NCBI GenBank assembly: GCA_039201605.1
Contig: JBCCRO010000001.1
Location: 162,173-226,172 of the forward strand
Length of the DNA: 64,000 bases
Source: Actinomycetota bacterium
Lineage (GTDB): Bacteria; Actinomycetota; Acidimicrobiia; Acidimicrobiales; SZUA-35
Reading direction: 5' to 3'
Positions 44,043 to 53,094 of the stretch are shown here, in pieces. The translations under genes and the position numbers were made by a program. Each line of letters starts with the position of its first letter. The first letter of the stretch is position 1. The notes beneath the pieces were generated by a model. That model ran no database searches. It was not told where the DNA came from and was given only the letters and a program-made list of their open reading frames with translations.

Positions 44043-45314
44043 ATGAGACGACTGGGACGAGTCGCCGTCGGCCTCGCAGCCGTCGGGGCTCTTGCGCTCA
44101 CCGGTCTGCCCGCAGGCGCGGTCGAGGAGTCGTCGACGACCACAGTCGCCCCAACCACGACCACGGCGGCGCCGACGACCACCACGCCGAGCACCACGGC
44201 CGCCCCGACGACGGCACCCGGTTCGACCGCCTCCACGGCCTCGCCACCGACCACCGCCGCCACCAGCACGACGCTGAGCGCCGAGCAGGAGGCGGAGAAG
44301 CAGCAGGCCGCAGGCAACCTGAACGCGGCCAAGGCGGCCGACGCCGACATCCAGCGGGCGTTGAGCTCGATCAACACCGAGACCCAGGCCACCCAGTCCA
44401 AGATCGACAAGGTGCAGGCGCAGCTCGAGGCGGCCCGTAACAGCATGGAGACGGCCCGCACCGAGATGGTCGAGTCCTCCAGCGAGCAGACCCAGGTCGA
44501 GGAGCAGCTGCGCAACAAGGCCATCGAGGGCTTCAAGTCGGGGCTCAACGATCCGGGGCCGTTCTTCAGCGACCGCAACATCAACCAGTCGCTGCGCCAG
44601 ACCCAGCTGCTCCAGCAGGCCAACAAGAGCACGGCCGAGCTGCTCGAGGAGCTCCGCATCATCCGCGAGGATCAGGAGGTGGCGGAGGCCGAGGCCAGCC
44701 AGGCGGTCGAGGACGCCGAGGCCCTGGAGCTGGCGCTGGTCGAGGAGCTGGACAAGCTGCAGGCCCAGCAGACCATCCAGCTCGGGCTCAAGGCCGAGGC
44801 CGAGTCCCGCATCGCCCGCTGGGCCGCCGACCTCACCGCCTACGCCGCCGAGGACGACAGTATTCGCGACCTGATCGCCGGCTCGGCGCCGGCCCCGATC
44901 TCGATCCCGGAACCCTCCGAGCCGTCGGCCCTGGGCTATCAGTGGCCGCTACCGGGCACGGTGACCAGCCCCTACGGCTACCGCATCCACCCGGTGTTCG
45001 GCACCCGCAAGCTCCACGCCGGCATCGACGTCGGCGCCGGTCGGGGCACGCCGATCGCCGCCACCAGCGGCGGCGTGGTCATCTACACCGGCTACCGAGG
45101 CGGCTACGGCAACACCGTCATCGTCGATCACGGGGGCGGCTTCACCAGCCTCTACGCCCACATGTCGGAGATCGGTGTGAACAACGGACAGGGCGTCGAC
45201 CGGGGCGACATCGTCGGCCTCGTCGGTGCCACCGGCACCGCCACCGGCAACCACCTCCACTTCGAGATTCGGCTCAACGGCACCGCCGTCGACCCCGCTC
45301 CCTACCTGCCGTAG
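44043..45314 (+). CDS. secreted M23 family metallopeptidase with coiled-coil N-terminal region
   Basis: The start is taken at ATG 44043 (MRRLGRVAVGLAAVGALALTGLPAGA, a signal peptide). A Thr/Pro linker and a coiled-coil region precede the M23 core HAGIDV...GNTVIVDHGGGF...GNHLHFE. Confidence 0.85.
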   Translation: MRRLGRVAVGLAAVGALALTGLPAGAVEESSTTTVAPTTTTAAPTTTTPSTTAAPTTAPGSTASTASPPTTAATSTTLSAEQEAEKQQAAGNLNAAKAADADIQRALSSINTETQATQSKIDKVQAQLEAARNSMETARTEMVESSSEQTQVEEQLRNKAIEGFKSGLNDPGPFFSDRNINQSLRQTQLLQQANKSTAELLEELRIIREDQEVAEAEASQAVEDAEALELALVEELDKLQAQQTIQLGLKAEAESRIARWAADLTAYAAEDDSIRDLIAGSAPAPISIPEPSEPSALGYQWPLPGTVTSPYGYRIHPVFGTRKLHAGIDVGAGRGTPIAATSGGVVIYTGYRGGYGNTVIVDHGGGFTSLYAHMSEIGVNNGQGVDRGDIVGLVGATGTATGNHLHFEIRLNGTAVDPAPYLP

Positions 45315-45406
45315 CCGACACCGGCCCCGGCAGGGCATCCACCGTCGGCCGGGCACCCCCGCGGCGTCGGTGCGTCGGTGGGCGTCGGTGGCGTGATGGC
45401 GGGCGC

Positions 45407-46324
45407 TCAGCGACCCCGCAGCGCCTCGACGACCGGTGCGAACCCCTCGGCGTCCCGCACGACGTAGTGCGAGATGCCGAGCATGGTTCGGAGACGCTCC
45501 AGCTTGTCGACCACCTCCTCGACCGAGCCGAACAGGGCGAAGGGGCAGTCGACGAGATCCTCCGCCGTCAGCCCCCACCGCTCGACCAACTCGTCGCGGG
45601 CGGCGTCGGCCGCCGGACCGAGCGCCGTCCGCTGGGCCAGGGCCGAGCGTTCGATGGTGGCGAGACGATCGCCGGCGCCGTCCTCCAACCACGATGCCCG
45701 TAGCCGGAGGTCGGCCAGGCGGAACCCGCCGGGGCTGAGCGCACCACCGGGGCCATGGGTGAGACCGGTGAACTGGTAGATGTCGGCGTGTCGGGCGGCC
45801 AGGCCGACCACCCGCCGGCCGTGACCGCCGATCAGGAACGGCACCCGCTCCTGGACCGGGCGGATACCGAGATCGTCGACGGCCACCCGTCGGTGGTCGC
45901 CGTCGAGCCGGGAGGCGCCGTCGTCGAGGAGCTGTCGCAGCACCTGCAGCGACTCGGCGAACTGCGCCACCCTCGGGCCCGGCGGGGGCAGGTCGATGTC
46001 GGCGGCGTCGTGCTCGGCCTGGGCGTAGCCGGTGCCGAGGCCGAGCACGAGGCGGCCGTCGGTCAGGCGATCGACGGTGGCCGCCGTGCGAGCCAGGAGG
46101 ACGGGATTGTGGAGGGCGTTGTTGATCACCAGCGGCCCGACCCGGACCTCGGGCGCCTCGGCCGCCGCCACCAGAAGCGGAGCGAACGGGTCGGCGGCCC
46201 CCAGGTGGTCGGCGGTGAAGAACTCGTCGTACCCGTGCTCGGCGCAGGCCCGGGCGGTGGTGCGCACGGTCTCCGGGTCGCCGAAGCCGAAGCACTGCAC
46301 GCCGAAGCGGAACGGTCGGTTCAT
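45407..46324 (-). CDS. LLM-class (luciferase-like) F420-dependent oxidoreductase
   Basis: 305 aa: MNRPFRFGVQ...DEFFTADHLG...GRLVLGLGTGY. Confidence 0.8.
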   Translation of the reverse strand: MNRPFRFGVQCFGFGDPETVRTTARACAEHGYDEFFTADHLGAADPFAPLLVAAAEAPEVRVGPLVINNALHNPVLLARTAATVDRLTDGRLVLGLGTGYAQAEHDAADIDLPPPGPRVAQFAESLQVLRQLLDDGASRLDGDHRRVAVDDLGIRPVQERVPFLIGGHGRRVVGLAARHADIYQFTGLTHGPGGALSPGGFRLADLRLRASWLEDGAGDRLATIERSALAQRTALGPAADAARDELVERWGLTAEDLVDCPFALFGSVEEVVDKLERLRTMLGISHYVVRDAEGFAPVVEALRGR

Positions 46325-46456
46325 GGGTCCGACGCTAGCGACGCAGGCCGCCCGAGAGGGGGCGGCCGACGATGGCCCGGCGATCGCCGTCGGCGACGGC
46401 CGCCGGGCCGAGGGTGGCGGAGAGGTGGCGCAGGGTCGGCCGCCCGTGGGGTGCCG

Positions 46457-48118
46457 CTAGGCGGTGACGATGACCTCGTGCCAGCCCGAGGCGCCGTTGG
46501 GGGCGGGCGGAGCCATGACCGAGGTCTGCGTCTCACCCGAGCCGTCGGTGGCCCGCACCTTGATCGTGTGGCGGCCCTCGGTCGGTGACCAGACAACCCG
46601 CCACTGGCGCCAGGCGTTGATACCGAGCGAATCGCCCAGCTCGGCCTCGACCCACTCGTCCTCGTCGAACTGCACCTCGACCTTGTCGATACCGAGGTTC
46701 GGGGCCCACGCGACCCCGGCCACCGCCACATCGACGCCGGCCGCCAGGGTGGTGCCCCGGCGCGGGGTGTCGATACGGGACTGGGTCTTGACCGGACCGT
46801 TCTTCGACCAGCCGCGGGGGATCCAGTAGCCGTCGAAGTCCTCCAGGGTGGTCAGCTCGATCTCGGACAGCCACTTGGTGGCCGACACGTAGCCGTAGAG
46901 GCCGGAGACGACGAGGCGGGCGGGGAAGCCGTGGCGGAGGGGGAGGGGCTCGTCGTTCATGGCGATGGCCACCATCGCCGTCCGGCCGTCGTAGGCGACG
47001 TCGGTGGGGAAGCCGCACGACCAGCCGTCGACCGATCGGCTGGCGATCTGGGTTGCGCCCTCCTGTACCCCGGCCTCGTCGAGGAGCTCGGTGAGGGCGA
47101 TGCCCTGCCACACGGCGTTGCCGACCAGGTTGCCGCCGACCTCGTTCGACACGCACGAGAGGGTGACCGGCTCGATCATGTCGGCCCGGTCGAGCAGCTC
47201 GTCGTAGGTGATGACGAGCTCGTTGTCGACCATGCCCTTGATCGTGAGCTGCCAGTTGGTCGGGTCGACCTGGGGGGTGAGGATGGCGGTGTCGATCAGG
47301 TAGAACTCGTCGTTGGGGACGACCAGCGGGCTGATTCCGGGGGTGGAGCCGATGTCGCCCAGGTCGGCGGCCGTGATCCGGGCCTCCAGCTCGGTCTCCG
47401 ACAGGGCGGAGTCGAGCTGCACGGCGTCGCGGGCGTCGTTGGCCGACGAGCGGGAGCGCAGCAGGCTGGCGGAGGCGGTGGCCACGGCGGCCGAGGCCCC
47501 GATGGCGCCGGCGGTGTTGAGAAAGGCCCGGCGCGAGTAGTTGGGATCGACGGGGGAGTCGATGACGACGGCCCGGCCCCCCTCGCCCTCGGTGGAGATG
47601 GTCTGCCTGGTGGCTCCGGTCCCGACGAGGGAGAAGCCGGCCTGGTTGCGGAGCCACATCAGCACGCCGACCCCGGCGACGACGGCGATCAACGACACCG
47701 GGATTCCCACGGCGACGCCGCCCTGGCTGTCGGTGATGATGGCGACGAGGCCGATGAACCCGAAGGCGGCGATGCCGGCGACGCCGGGCATCGGGTTGCG
47801 GCGGGAGGCGATACCGAGCCCGGCGGCGATCAGCAGCGAGATGATCACCGTGCCGATCACGAGGGCGGTCTTGTCGGAGAGTCCGAACACCGCCTTGCCG
47901 AAATCGACGAACCAGCCCGGGGCCAGATCGATAACCCGGTTGGCCACGGCGATCACCGGGCCGGGCCGGGGTGCGGCGAAGGCGGCGCTCAGCTCGCCGG
48001 CGGCCAGCGCCGCCGCACCGGCGAGCACACCGACGAGGGCGGCGCGGGCGATCCCGCCGACATCGCGGTCGTTGGCGGGCCCGGGGGTGGCGCTGGTGAT
48101 CGTCGTTGCGTCGTTCAT
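46457..48118 (-). CDS. membrane-anchored molybdopterin-dependent oxidoreductase (sulfite oxidase/SUOX family)
   Basis: The start is taken at ATG 48118, with AAGGAG about 10 nt upstream. The N-terminal part has multiple TM helices. The catalytic part contains LSCVSNEVGGN (Moco Cys), GFPARLVVSGLYGYVSATKW and an Ig-like dimerisation C-terminus. Confidence 0.85.
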   Translation of the reverse strand: MNDATTITSATPGPANDRDVGGIARAALVGVLAGAAALAAGELSAAFAAPRPGPVIAVANRVIDLAPGWFVDFGKAVFGLSDKTALVIGTVIISLLIAAGLGIASRRNPMPGVAGIAAFGFIGLVAIITDSQGGVAVGIPVSLIAVVAGVGVLMWLRNQAGFSLVGTGATRQTISTEGEGGRAVVIDSPVDPNYSRRAFLNTAGAIGASAAVATASASLLRSRSSANDARDAVQLDSALSETELEARITAADLGDIGSTPGISPLVVPNDEFYLIDTAILTPQVDPTNWQLTIKGMVDNELVITYDELLDRADMIEPVTLSCVSNEVGGNLVGNAVWQGIALTELLDEAGVQEGATQIASRSVDGWSCGFPTDVAYDGRTAMVAIAMNDEPLPLRHGFPARLVVSGLYGYVSATKWLSEIELTTLEDFDGYWIPRGWSKNGPVKTQSRIDTPRRGTTLAAGVDVAVAGVAWAPNLGIDKVEVQFDEDEWVEAELGDSLGINAWRQWRVVWSPTEGRHTIKVRATDGSGETQTSVMAPPAPNGASGWHEVIVTA

Positions 48119-48201
48119 TGCCTCGCTGCTCCTTTGACGGTTACCCACTCAACCAGCACCGGTCGGCAGGTCTTCGCCCCCGGAGCCGATATCGGCCCGG
48201 T

Positions 48202-48227
48202 TTCAGCAGATGTTCAGATGATTTCAG
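48202..48227. promoter_or_regulatory. three phased TTCAG direct repeats in a divergent promoter region
   Basis: tTTCAGcagatgTTCAGatgatTTCAGcc, with repeat starts at 48202, 48213 and 48223 (11- and 10-bp spacing), flanked by CCCGG(G)TTT on both sides. It lies between the Mo-oxidoreductase (-) and the thioredoxin-like gene (+). Confidence 0.25.
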
Positions 48228-48293
48228 CCCGGGTTTGGGCATGGTCTACCGATGGAAGGAATGCCAACCCCTGGCGGCCGGTTGACGTCTGCC

Positions 48294-48920
48294 ATGCCCA
48301 TGAGACTACGCCCCCGGCGCGTCCCGACCCTGGTCGGGGTCATGGCGGCCCTGGCCCTGGCGGTCGCCGCGTGCGGATCGGGTGCCACCGACGACGCCGA
48401 CACCGCCGCCGAGGCCACCACCGCCCCCGCCAACACACCGTCGGCGGCCGATACCACCGACGAGGCGGCCGAACCGGTCGGCCCCGAGGTGCCCGCACCG
48501 GCCGAGAACCTGTTCGCCCCCGTCGACGTGGTGAACATCGCCGACGGCAGCACCCTCAACCTGGCCGAGGAGCTGGCGGGCGACGATCGCCCCGTGCTGC
48601 TCTGGTTCTGGGCACCTCATTGACCCTTCTGTCGGGCCGAGGGCCCGGCCGTTGAGCAGTTCGCTCAGCAGAACGCAGACGTGATCCGTGTCGTCGGTAT
48701 GGGGGCTCAGGACTCGCTGGCCCAGGCTCAGGAGTTCGTCCAGAGCACCGGGACGGCCACGCCGCTCATGATCTGGGACGAGAGCTTCGCCAGTTGGGAC
48801 TACTACGGCGTACGTGGCCAGCCCACCGCCATCCTCGTCGACGCCACCGGCAACCCCATCCAGGGATGGTCCGGGCCGTTCGACCAGCAGGAGGTTCTCG
48901 ACCTCGCCGCTGCGGCCTGA
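48294..48920 (+). CDS. TlpA/ResA-family thioredoxin-fold lipoprotein with one in-frame TGA at the first Cys of CxxC (candidate selenocysteine codon; otherwise a pseudogene)
   Basis: Track ORFs 48252-48623 and 48681-48920 are in the same frame, and the only stop between them is TGA 48621-48623. Read-through gives ...RPVLLWFWAPH[TGA]PFCRAEGPAVEQF...VRGQPTAILVDATGNPI..., a WxxW-CxxC-type redoxin with the cis-Pro motif intact. The signal/lipobox is MPMRLRPRRVPTLVGVMAALALAVAAC. Confidence 0.6.
48631..48649 (+). other. GC hairpin 8 nt downstream of the in-frame TGA (possible bacterial SECIS-like element)
   Basis: gtCGGGCC-gag-GGCCCGgc: six perfect G:C pairs, plus a U:G pair and a G:C pair extending the stem. 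The loop is GAG. Hairpins are common in GC-rich DNA, so this is not diagnostic. Confidence 0.3.
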
Positions 48921-49024
48921 TCGGCGGCCTCTGACTAAGCTGCGGCGCACGCCGATCGAGCGACGGAGCCGGGCGATGCGGCCCGGCCGCCGGGCTCGAT
49001 GCGGACGAACCGTAGGAGAAGGTC

Positions 49025-49219
49025 ATGAAGATTGTCGTCGATTTCGATCTCTGTGAGAGCAACGCCGTCTGCATGGGGATCGCCCCCGACGTGTTCGAAG
49101 TGCGCGACGACGACTTCCTCTACGTCCTGAACGAGACACCACCCGACGAACTGCACGAGATGGTGCGGGAGTCGGCCGAGCGCTGCCCCAAGCAGGCGAT
49201 CACGTTCGAGGACGCCTGA
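49025..49219 (+). CDS. small ferredoxin (3Fe-4S type, P450-partner-like)
   Basis: 64 aa: VDFDLCESNAVCMGIAPDVF...AERCPKQAI (CxxxxxC...CP pattern). Confidence 0.85.
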   Translation: MKIVVDFDLCESNAVCMGIAPDVFEVRDDDFLYVLNETPPDELHEMVRESAERCPKQAITFEDA

Positions 49220-49256
49220 GCCGGACCGACCGACGAGCATCGGAGAGGACCACGAC

Positions 49257-50480
49257 ATGACCCGATTGGTCGTCGTCGGCGCGTCGCTGGCCGGGTTGCA
49301 CGCCGCCGTCGCCGCCCGCAGGGCCGGCTTCGAGGGCGACATCTCCCTGGTGGGCGACGAGCCGCACTATCCCTACGACCGGCCCCCGTTGTCGAAGAAC
49401 TACCTGGCCGGCACCATCGAGGCCGAGGCCCTCCGGCTCCGGCCGGCGGCCGACCCGGCCGAGACCGGCGTCGACTGGGAGCTGGGGCGTACGGCCACCG
49501 GCTTCGAGCCGTCGCCCGACGGCGGCGGCACGGTCACCCTGGACGACGGTCGCCGGTTGGCGGGCGACGGCGTGGTGATCGCCACCGGATGTCGGGTCCG
49601 CACCCTGCCCGGGACCGATCGGCTGGCCGGGGTACACGTGATCCGCACCCTCGACAACGCCACCGCCCTGCGTGCCGCCCTGGCCGACGGCCCCCGTCGG
49701 GTCGTCGTGATCGGCTGCGGGTTCATCGGGGGCGAGGTGGCGGCCACCGCCCGCCAGGCCGGTCACGACGTCACCATCGTGGAGGCCGCATCGGCTCCGC
49801 TGCAGCGGGTGCTCGACACCGAGTCGGGGCTGGCCGTGGCCGAGCTGCACCGGTCCCACGGGGTCGAGGTCCACCTCGGCGTCGGCGTGGCCCGACTCGA
49901 CGACGCCGATGGTGTCGTGCGGACGGTCGTGCTCGACGACGGCACCGAGTTGGCGGCCGACGTGGTGGTGATCGGTATCGGCGTGGTGCCCAACACCGAG
50001 TGGCTGGCCGACTCCGGCCTCCTGCTCGACGACGGCGTGGTCACCGATGCGTACTGCGTGGCCGCCCCCGGCGTCGTGGCCGCCGGCGACGTGGCCCGGT
50101 GGCCCCATCGGGGCTCGGGCGAGGCCCTGACGCGGATCGAGCAGTGGGACAACGCGGTGGAGATGGGGCGCTACGTCGGCACCCGCCTGGTCCACCTGCT
50201 GACCGGGGACGGCGCCGAGGAGGCCGAGCCGTTCGATCCGGTGCCCTGGTTCTGGTCGGACCAGTACGACCGCAAGATCCAGCTCGCCGGCGCGGCGGCC
50301 GACGGCCACGAGACGGTCCAGGGCACGGTCGCCGAGCAACGGTTCGTGCGGCTGTTCCTCGACGACGGCGGCCGGGTGACCGGCACCCTGTGCTGGAACC
50401 GACCTCGTCAGGCCATTCTGGCCCGCAGGCTCCTGGCCACCGGGGCCGACGCCGACGAGTTCCGCCAGAAGCTGGCCTGA
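49257..50480 (+). CDS. FAD-dependent ferredoxin reductase (pyridine nucleotide-disulfide oxidoreductase)
   Basis: 407 aa with VVVGASLAGL and VVVIGCGFIGGEVA, and a C-terminal reductase dimerisation region (PWFWSDQYD). Confidence 0.85.
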   Translation: MTRLVVVGASLAGLHAAVAARRAGFEGDISLVGDEPHYPYDRPPLSKNYLAGTIEAEALRLRPAADPAETGVDWELGRTATGFEPSPDGGGTVTLDDGRRLAGDGVVIATGCRVRTLPGTDRLAGVHVIRTLDNATALRAALADGPRRVVVIGCGFIGGEVAATARQAGHDVTIVEAASAPLQRVLDTESGLAVAELHRSHGVEVHLGVGVARLDDADGVVRTVVLDDGTELAADVVVIGIGVVPNTEWLADSGLLLDDGVVTDAYCVAAPGVVAAGDVARWPHRGSGEALTRIEQWDNAVEMGRYVGTRLVHLLTGDGAEEAEPFDPVPWFWSDQYDRKIQLAGAAADGHETVQGTVAEQRFVRLFLDDGGRVTGTLCWNRPRQAILARRLLATGADADEFRQKLA

Positions 50481-50483
50481 ACC

Positions 50484-51059
50484 GTGGGCCCGACCGACCC
50501 GACCGCCGTCTCCCCGAGCGACCCGGCCGCCGAGTTGGTGGAGTGGGTGGATGCGGATGGCTCGGTGATCGACGTGGTCACCCGGGAACGGGTCCGGGCC
50601 GAGACCCTTCGCCACCGCTGCACGTACGTGGCCGTGCTGACCACCGACGACGACCTGATCGTCCATCAACGGGCCGACTGGAAGGACGTGTACCCCTCGT
50701 ACTGGGACCTGGCCTTCGGCGGGATCACCGGGGTGGGGGAGCCGTGGGACGAGGCCGCCCGGCGGGAGTTGGCCGAGGAGGCCGGGGTGGAGGGGACCGA
50801 GCTCGTGCCGCTCGGCCCGGTGCGCTACGACGCCGACGACGGTCACATCGTGGGCCGGGTGTACCTCACCCGCCACGACGGCCCGCTCAGCTGCCCCGAC
50901 GGCGAGGTGGTGGCCACCGGCCGGGTGCCCCTGGCCGGGATCGACCGCTGGCTGGAGGGTCGCAGGGTCTGCCTCGACTCCCTCCAGCTGGTGTTGCCCC
51001 TGGTCAGGGCGGCGGTGGAAGGCGCAGGGAATGGCGCCGACGAGGCCCCGGGTTCGTAA
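50484..51059 (+). CDS. Nudix hydrolase
   Basis: GTG start. The Nudix box is GGITGVGEPWDEAARRELAEEAGV. Confidence 0.8.
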   Translation: MGPTDPTAVSPSDPAAELVEWVDADGSVIDVVTRERVRAETLRHRCTYVAVLTTDDDLIVHQRADWKDVYPSYWDLAFGGITGVGEPWDEAARRELAEEAGVEGTELVPLGPVRYDADDGHIVGRVYLTRHDGPLSCPDGEVVATGRVPLAGIDRWLEGRRVCLDSLQLVLPLVRAAVEGAGNGADEAPGS

Positions 51060-51118
51060 CAGGTGATGAACTTCGCCGCCATCGACACGGTCGACCCCCT
51101 CTCTGTGGTTCGGTGGTC

Positions 51119-51862
51119 ATGATGAACGGCTCCGCTATCAACGGGATCGACGACACCCCGGGCCGGTCCCCGTCGCCGACCACCTACGACGTCCTCGTGG
51201 TCGACGACGAACCCCAGGTCCGCGAGGTGGTGGCCACCTACCTCCAGCGGGAGGGCTTCGACGTGCGGGTGGCGGCCGACGGCCGGGAGGCCATGGCCGA
51301 GATCGCCCGAAAACGGCCCGACGCCGTTGTCCTCGACCTGATGTTGCCCGAGCTCAGCGGGATCGAGGTGCTGCAGCGGCTGCGCCAGACGGGCGACGAG
51401 GTGCCGGTGATCGTCCTCAGCGCCCGAGGGGCCGAGCCCGACCGGGTGGCCGGCCTGGAGCTGGGGGCCGACGACTACGTCGGCAAGCCCGCCTCGCCCC
51501 GCGAGGTGGCGGCCCGGGTGCGGGCCGTGCTCCGTCGGGCCAAGACCACGGGCCCCACCACGATCACCTTCGCCGAGGTGGTGGTCGACGTCGCCGCCCG
51601 CACCGTCGAGCGGGCGGGGGCCACCGTCGAGCTGCGGCCCAAGGAGTTCGACCTCCTGGTCCGACTCGCCTCCTCGCCCGGCGAGGTGCTCAGCCGCCAG
51701 GACCTCCTGCGGGAGGTGTGGGGTTCGAGCGCCGAATGGCAGGATCCGGGCACGGTCACCGTGCACGTGCGCCGCCTCCGTCGGGCCATCGAGGACGACC
51801 CGGCCCGCCCCCGACACGTGGTCACCGTGTACGGCATCGGCTACCGATTCGATCCGGACTGA
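51119..51862 (+). CDS. OmpR-family response regulator
   Basis: Only the last 247 aa of ORF 49589-51862 are used. Motifs: VLVVDDEP, VVLDLMLP, and the winged-helix end TVYGIGYRF. Confidence 0.9.
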   Translation: MMNGSAINGIDDTPGRSPSPTTYDVLVVDDEPQVREVVATYLQREGFDVRVAADGREAMAEIARKRPDAVVLDLMLPELSGIEVLQRLRQTGDEVPVIVLSARGAEPDRVAGLELGADDYVGKPASPREVAARVRAVLRRAKTTGPTTITFAEVVVDVAARTVERAGATVELRPKEFDLLVRLASSPGEVLSRQDLLREVWGSSAEWQDPGTVTVHVRRLRRAIEDDPARPRHVVTVYGIGYRFDPD

Positions 51863-53052
51863 TGGACGTGCTCCTGCCCTTCCTGCCGCTGGTCGGCGAC
51901 AGCGACGGGTCGCTGGAGAGCGCCATGATGGACGACGGTCCATCGGCGGTTCTCTTCGTCAGCCTCATCGCCGTGGTGTCGGTGGTCGCCGTCCTGCTCG
52001 CCCATCCGCTGCTGGCCCGTCTGCCCTTGCGGCGGGCGGTGCCGGCCCTGGCCCTGGTCGGGCCCTCCCTCGCCATCCTCGGGGGCCTCATCGGCACCGC
52101 GGCGATGACGCTGTCGGGTCGGGACATGTGGTACGCCCTCCTCGTCGCGGTGTGTACGGGGACGGCGGCCATCGTCGTCGGGCTCCGCCTGGCCCGCCCG
52201 GTCGCCCGCGATCTCGACGCCGTGGCCTCGACGGTGGAGGCGGTGGCCGCCGGCGATCGCCAGACCCGCACCGGGATCGAACGGACCGACGAGATCGGCC
52301 AGTTGGCCGCCGCCGTCGACGAGCTGAGCCGCAACCTGGCCCGGGCCGAAGCCGAGCGGTCGGCGGCCGACGCCGAGCGCCGCAGCGTCGTCAGCGCCCT
52401 CAGCCACGACCTCCGCACACCGCTGGCTTCGTTGCTGGTCTCGGTCGACGCCCTGCAGGACGGCGTCGGCGACGCCGACGACCACCTGCGGGCCATGCGG
52501 GGCAACGTGCTCGCCCTCGAATCGCTGGTCGGCGACCTGTTCCTCCTGGCCCGGGCCGATTCGGGCTCGCTCAGCCTGTGCTCGGAGGACCTCGACCTGG
52601 CCGAGCTGATCGACGAGGCCTTGGAGGCGGTCCAGCCGGTGGCCGACGCCGCCGGGGTCAGCCTGGTGGCCGACGTCGCCGGACCGGTGCCGATCCAGGG
52701 CGACGACCGGGCCCTGGGCCGGGTTCTGCGCAACCTGCTCGACAATGCGATCCGCTACTCGCCGATCCAGGGCACCGTGCGGGTGGCCGACGTCTCGGCC
52801 TGCGATCGGCTGGTCCGCATCGAGGTGACCGACGAGGGTCCGGGCTTCGCCACGTCGTTCCTGCCCCGGGCCTTCGACCGCTTCACCCAGGCCGACGGGG
52901 CCCGCAGCCAGCAGGGCGGCGCCGGGTTGGGGCTCGCCATCTCCCGGACCCTCCTGGCCGCCCACGACGGTGCGGTGACGGCCGAGGCCGGGCCGGGGGG
53001 ACTGGTGCGGGTCGAGCTGCCGGCCGCTGGCGTCAGCCGGGTGCTCGAGTAG
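51862..53052 (+). CDS. sensor histidine kinase
   Basis: The ATG at 51862 overlaps the RR stop (TGATG). Two TM segments and a HAMP-like region precede the H-box SHDLRTPL, N-box DNAIRYS and G-box GAGLGLAI. Confidence 0.9.
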   Translation: MDVLLPFLPLVGDSDGSLESAMMDDGPSAVLFVSLIAVVSVVAVLLAHPLLARLPLRRAVPALALVGPSLAILGGLIGTAAMTLSGRDMWYALLVAVCTGTAAIVVGLRLARPVARDLDAVASTVEAVAAGDRQTRTGIERTDEIGQLAAAVDELSRNLARAEAERSAADAERRSVVSALSHDLRTPLASLLVSVDALQDGVGDADDHLRAMRGNVLALESLVGDLFLLARADSGSLSLCSEDLDLAELIDEALEAVQPVADAAGVSLVADVAGPVPIQGDDRALGRVLRNLLDNAIRYSPIQGTVRVADVSACDRLVRIEVTDEGPGFATSFLPRAFDRFTQADGARSQQGGAGLGLAISRTLLAAHDGAVTAEAGPGGLVRVELPAAGVSRVLE

Positions 53053-53094
53053 CCGATCGGCGGGGCCGGTGAGGCCACCGTCGGCGTCGGCGGG

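Noticed and set aside
45362-45393. Short GCGTCGGTG-like triplet repeat between the M23 peptidase and LLM oxidoreductase genes
   Set aside because: The repeat is imperfect, very short and GC-rich, in a convergent intergenic gap. It is indistinguishable from compositional noise.
48252-48920. Treating 48252-48623 and 48681-48920 as two independent small genes
   Set aside because: Both are in one frame, separated by a single TGA. Neither half alone is a complete thioredoxin fold: the first ends inside the active-site motif, and the second starts mid-domain at a GTG with no RBS.
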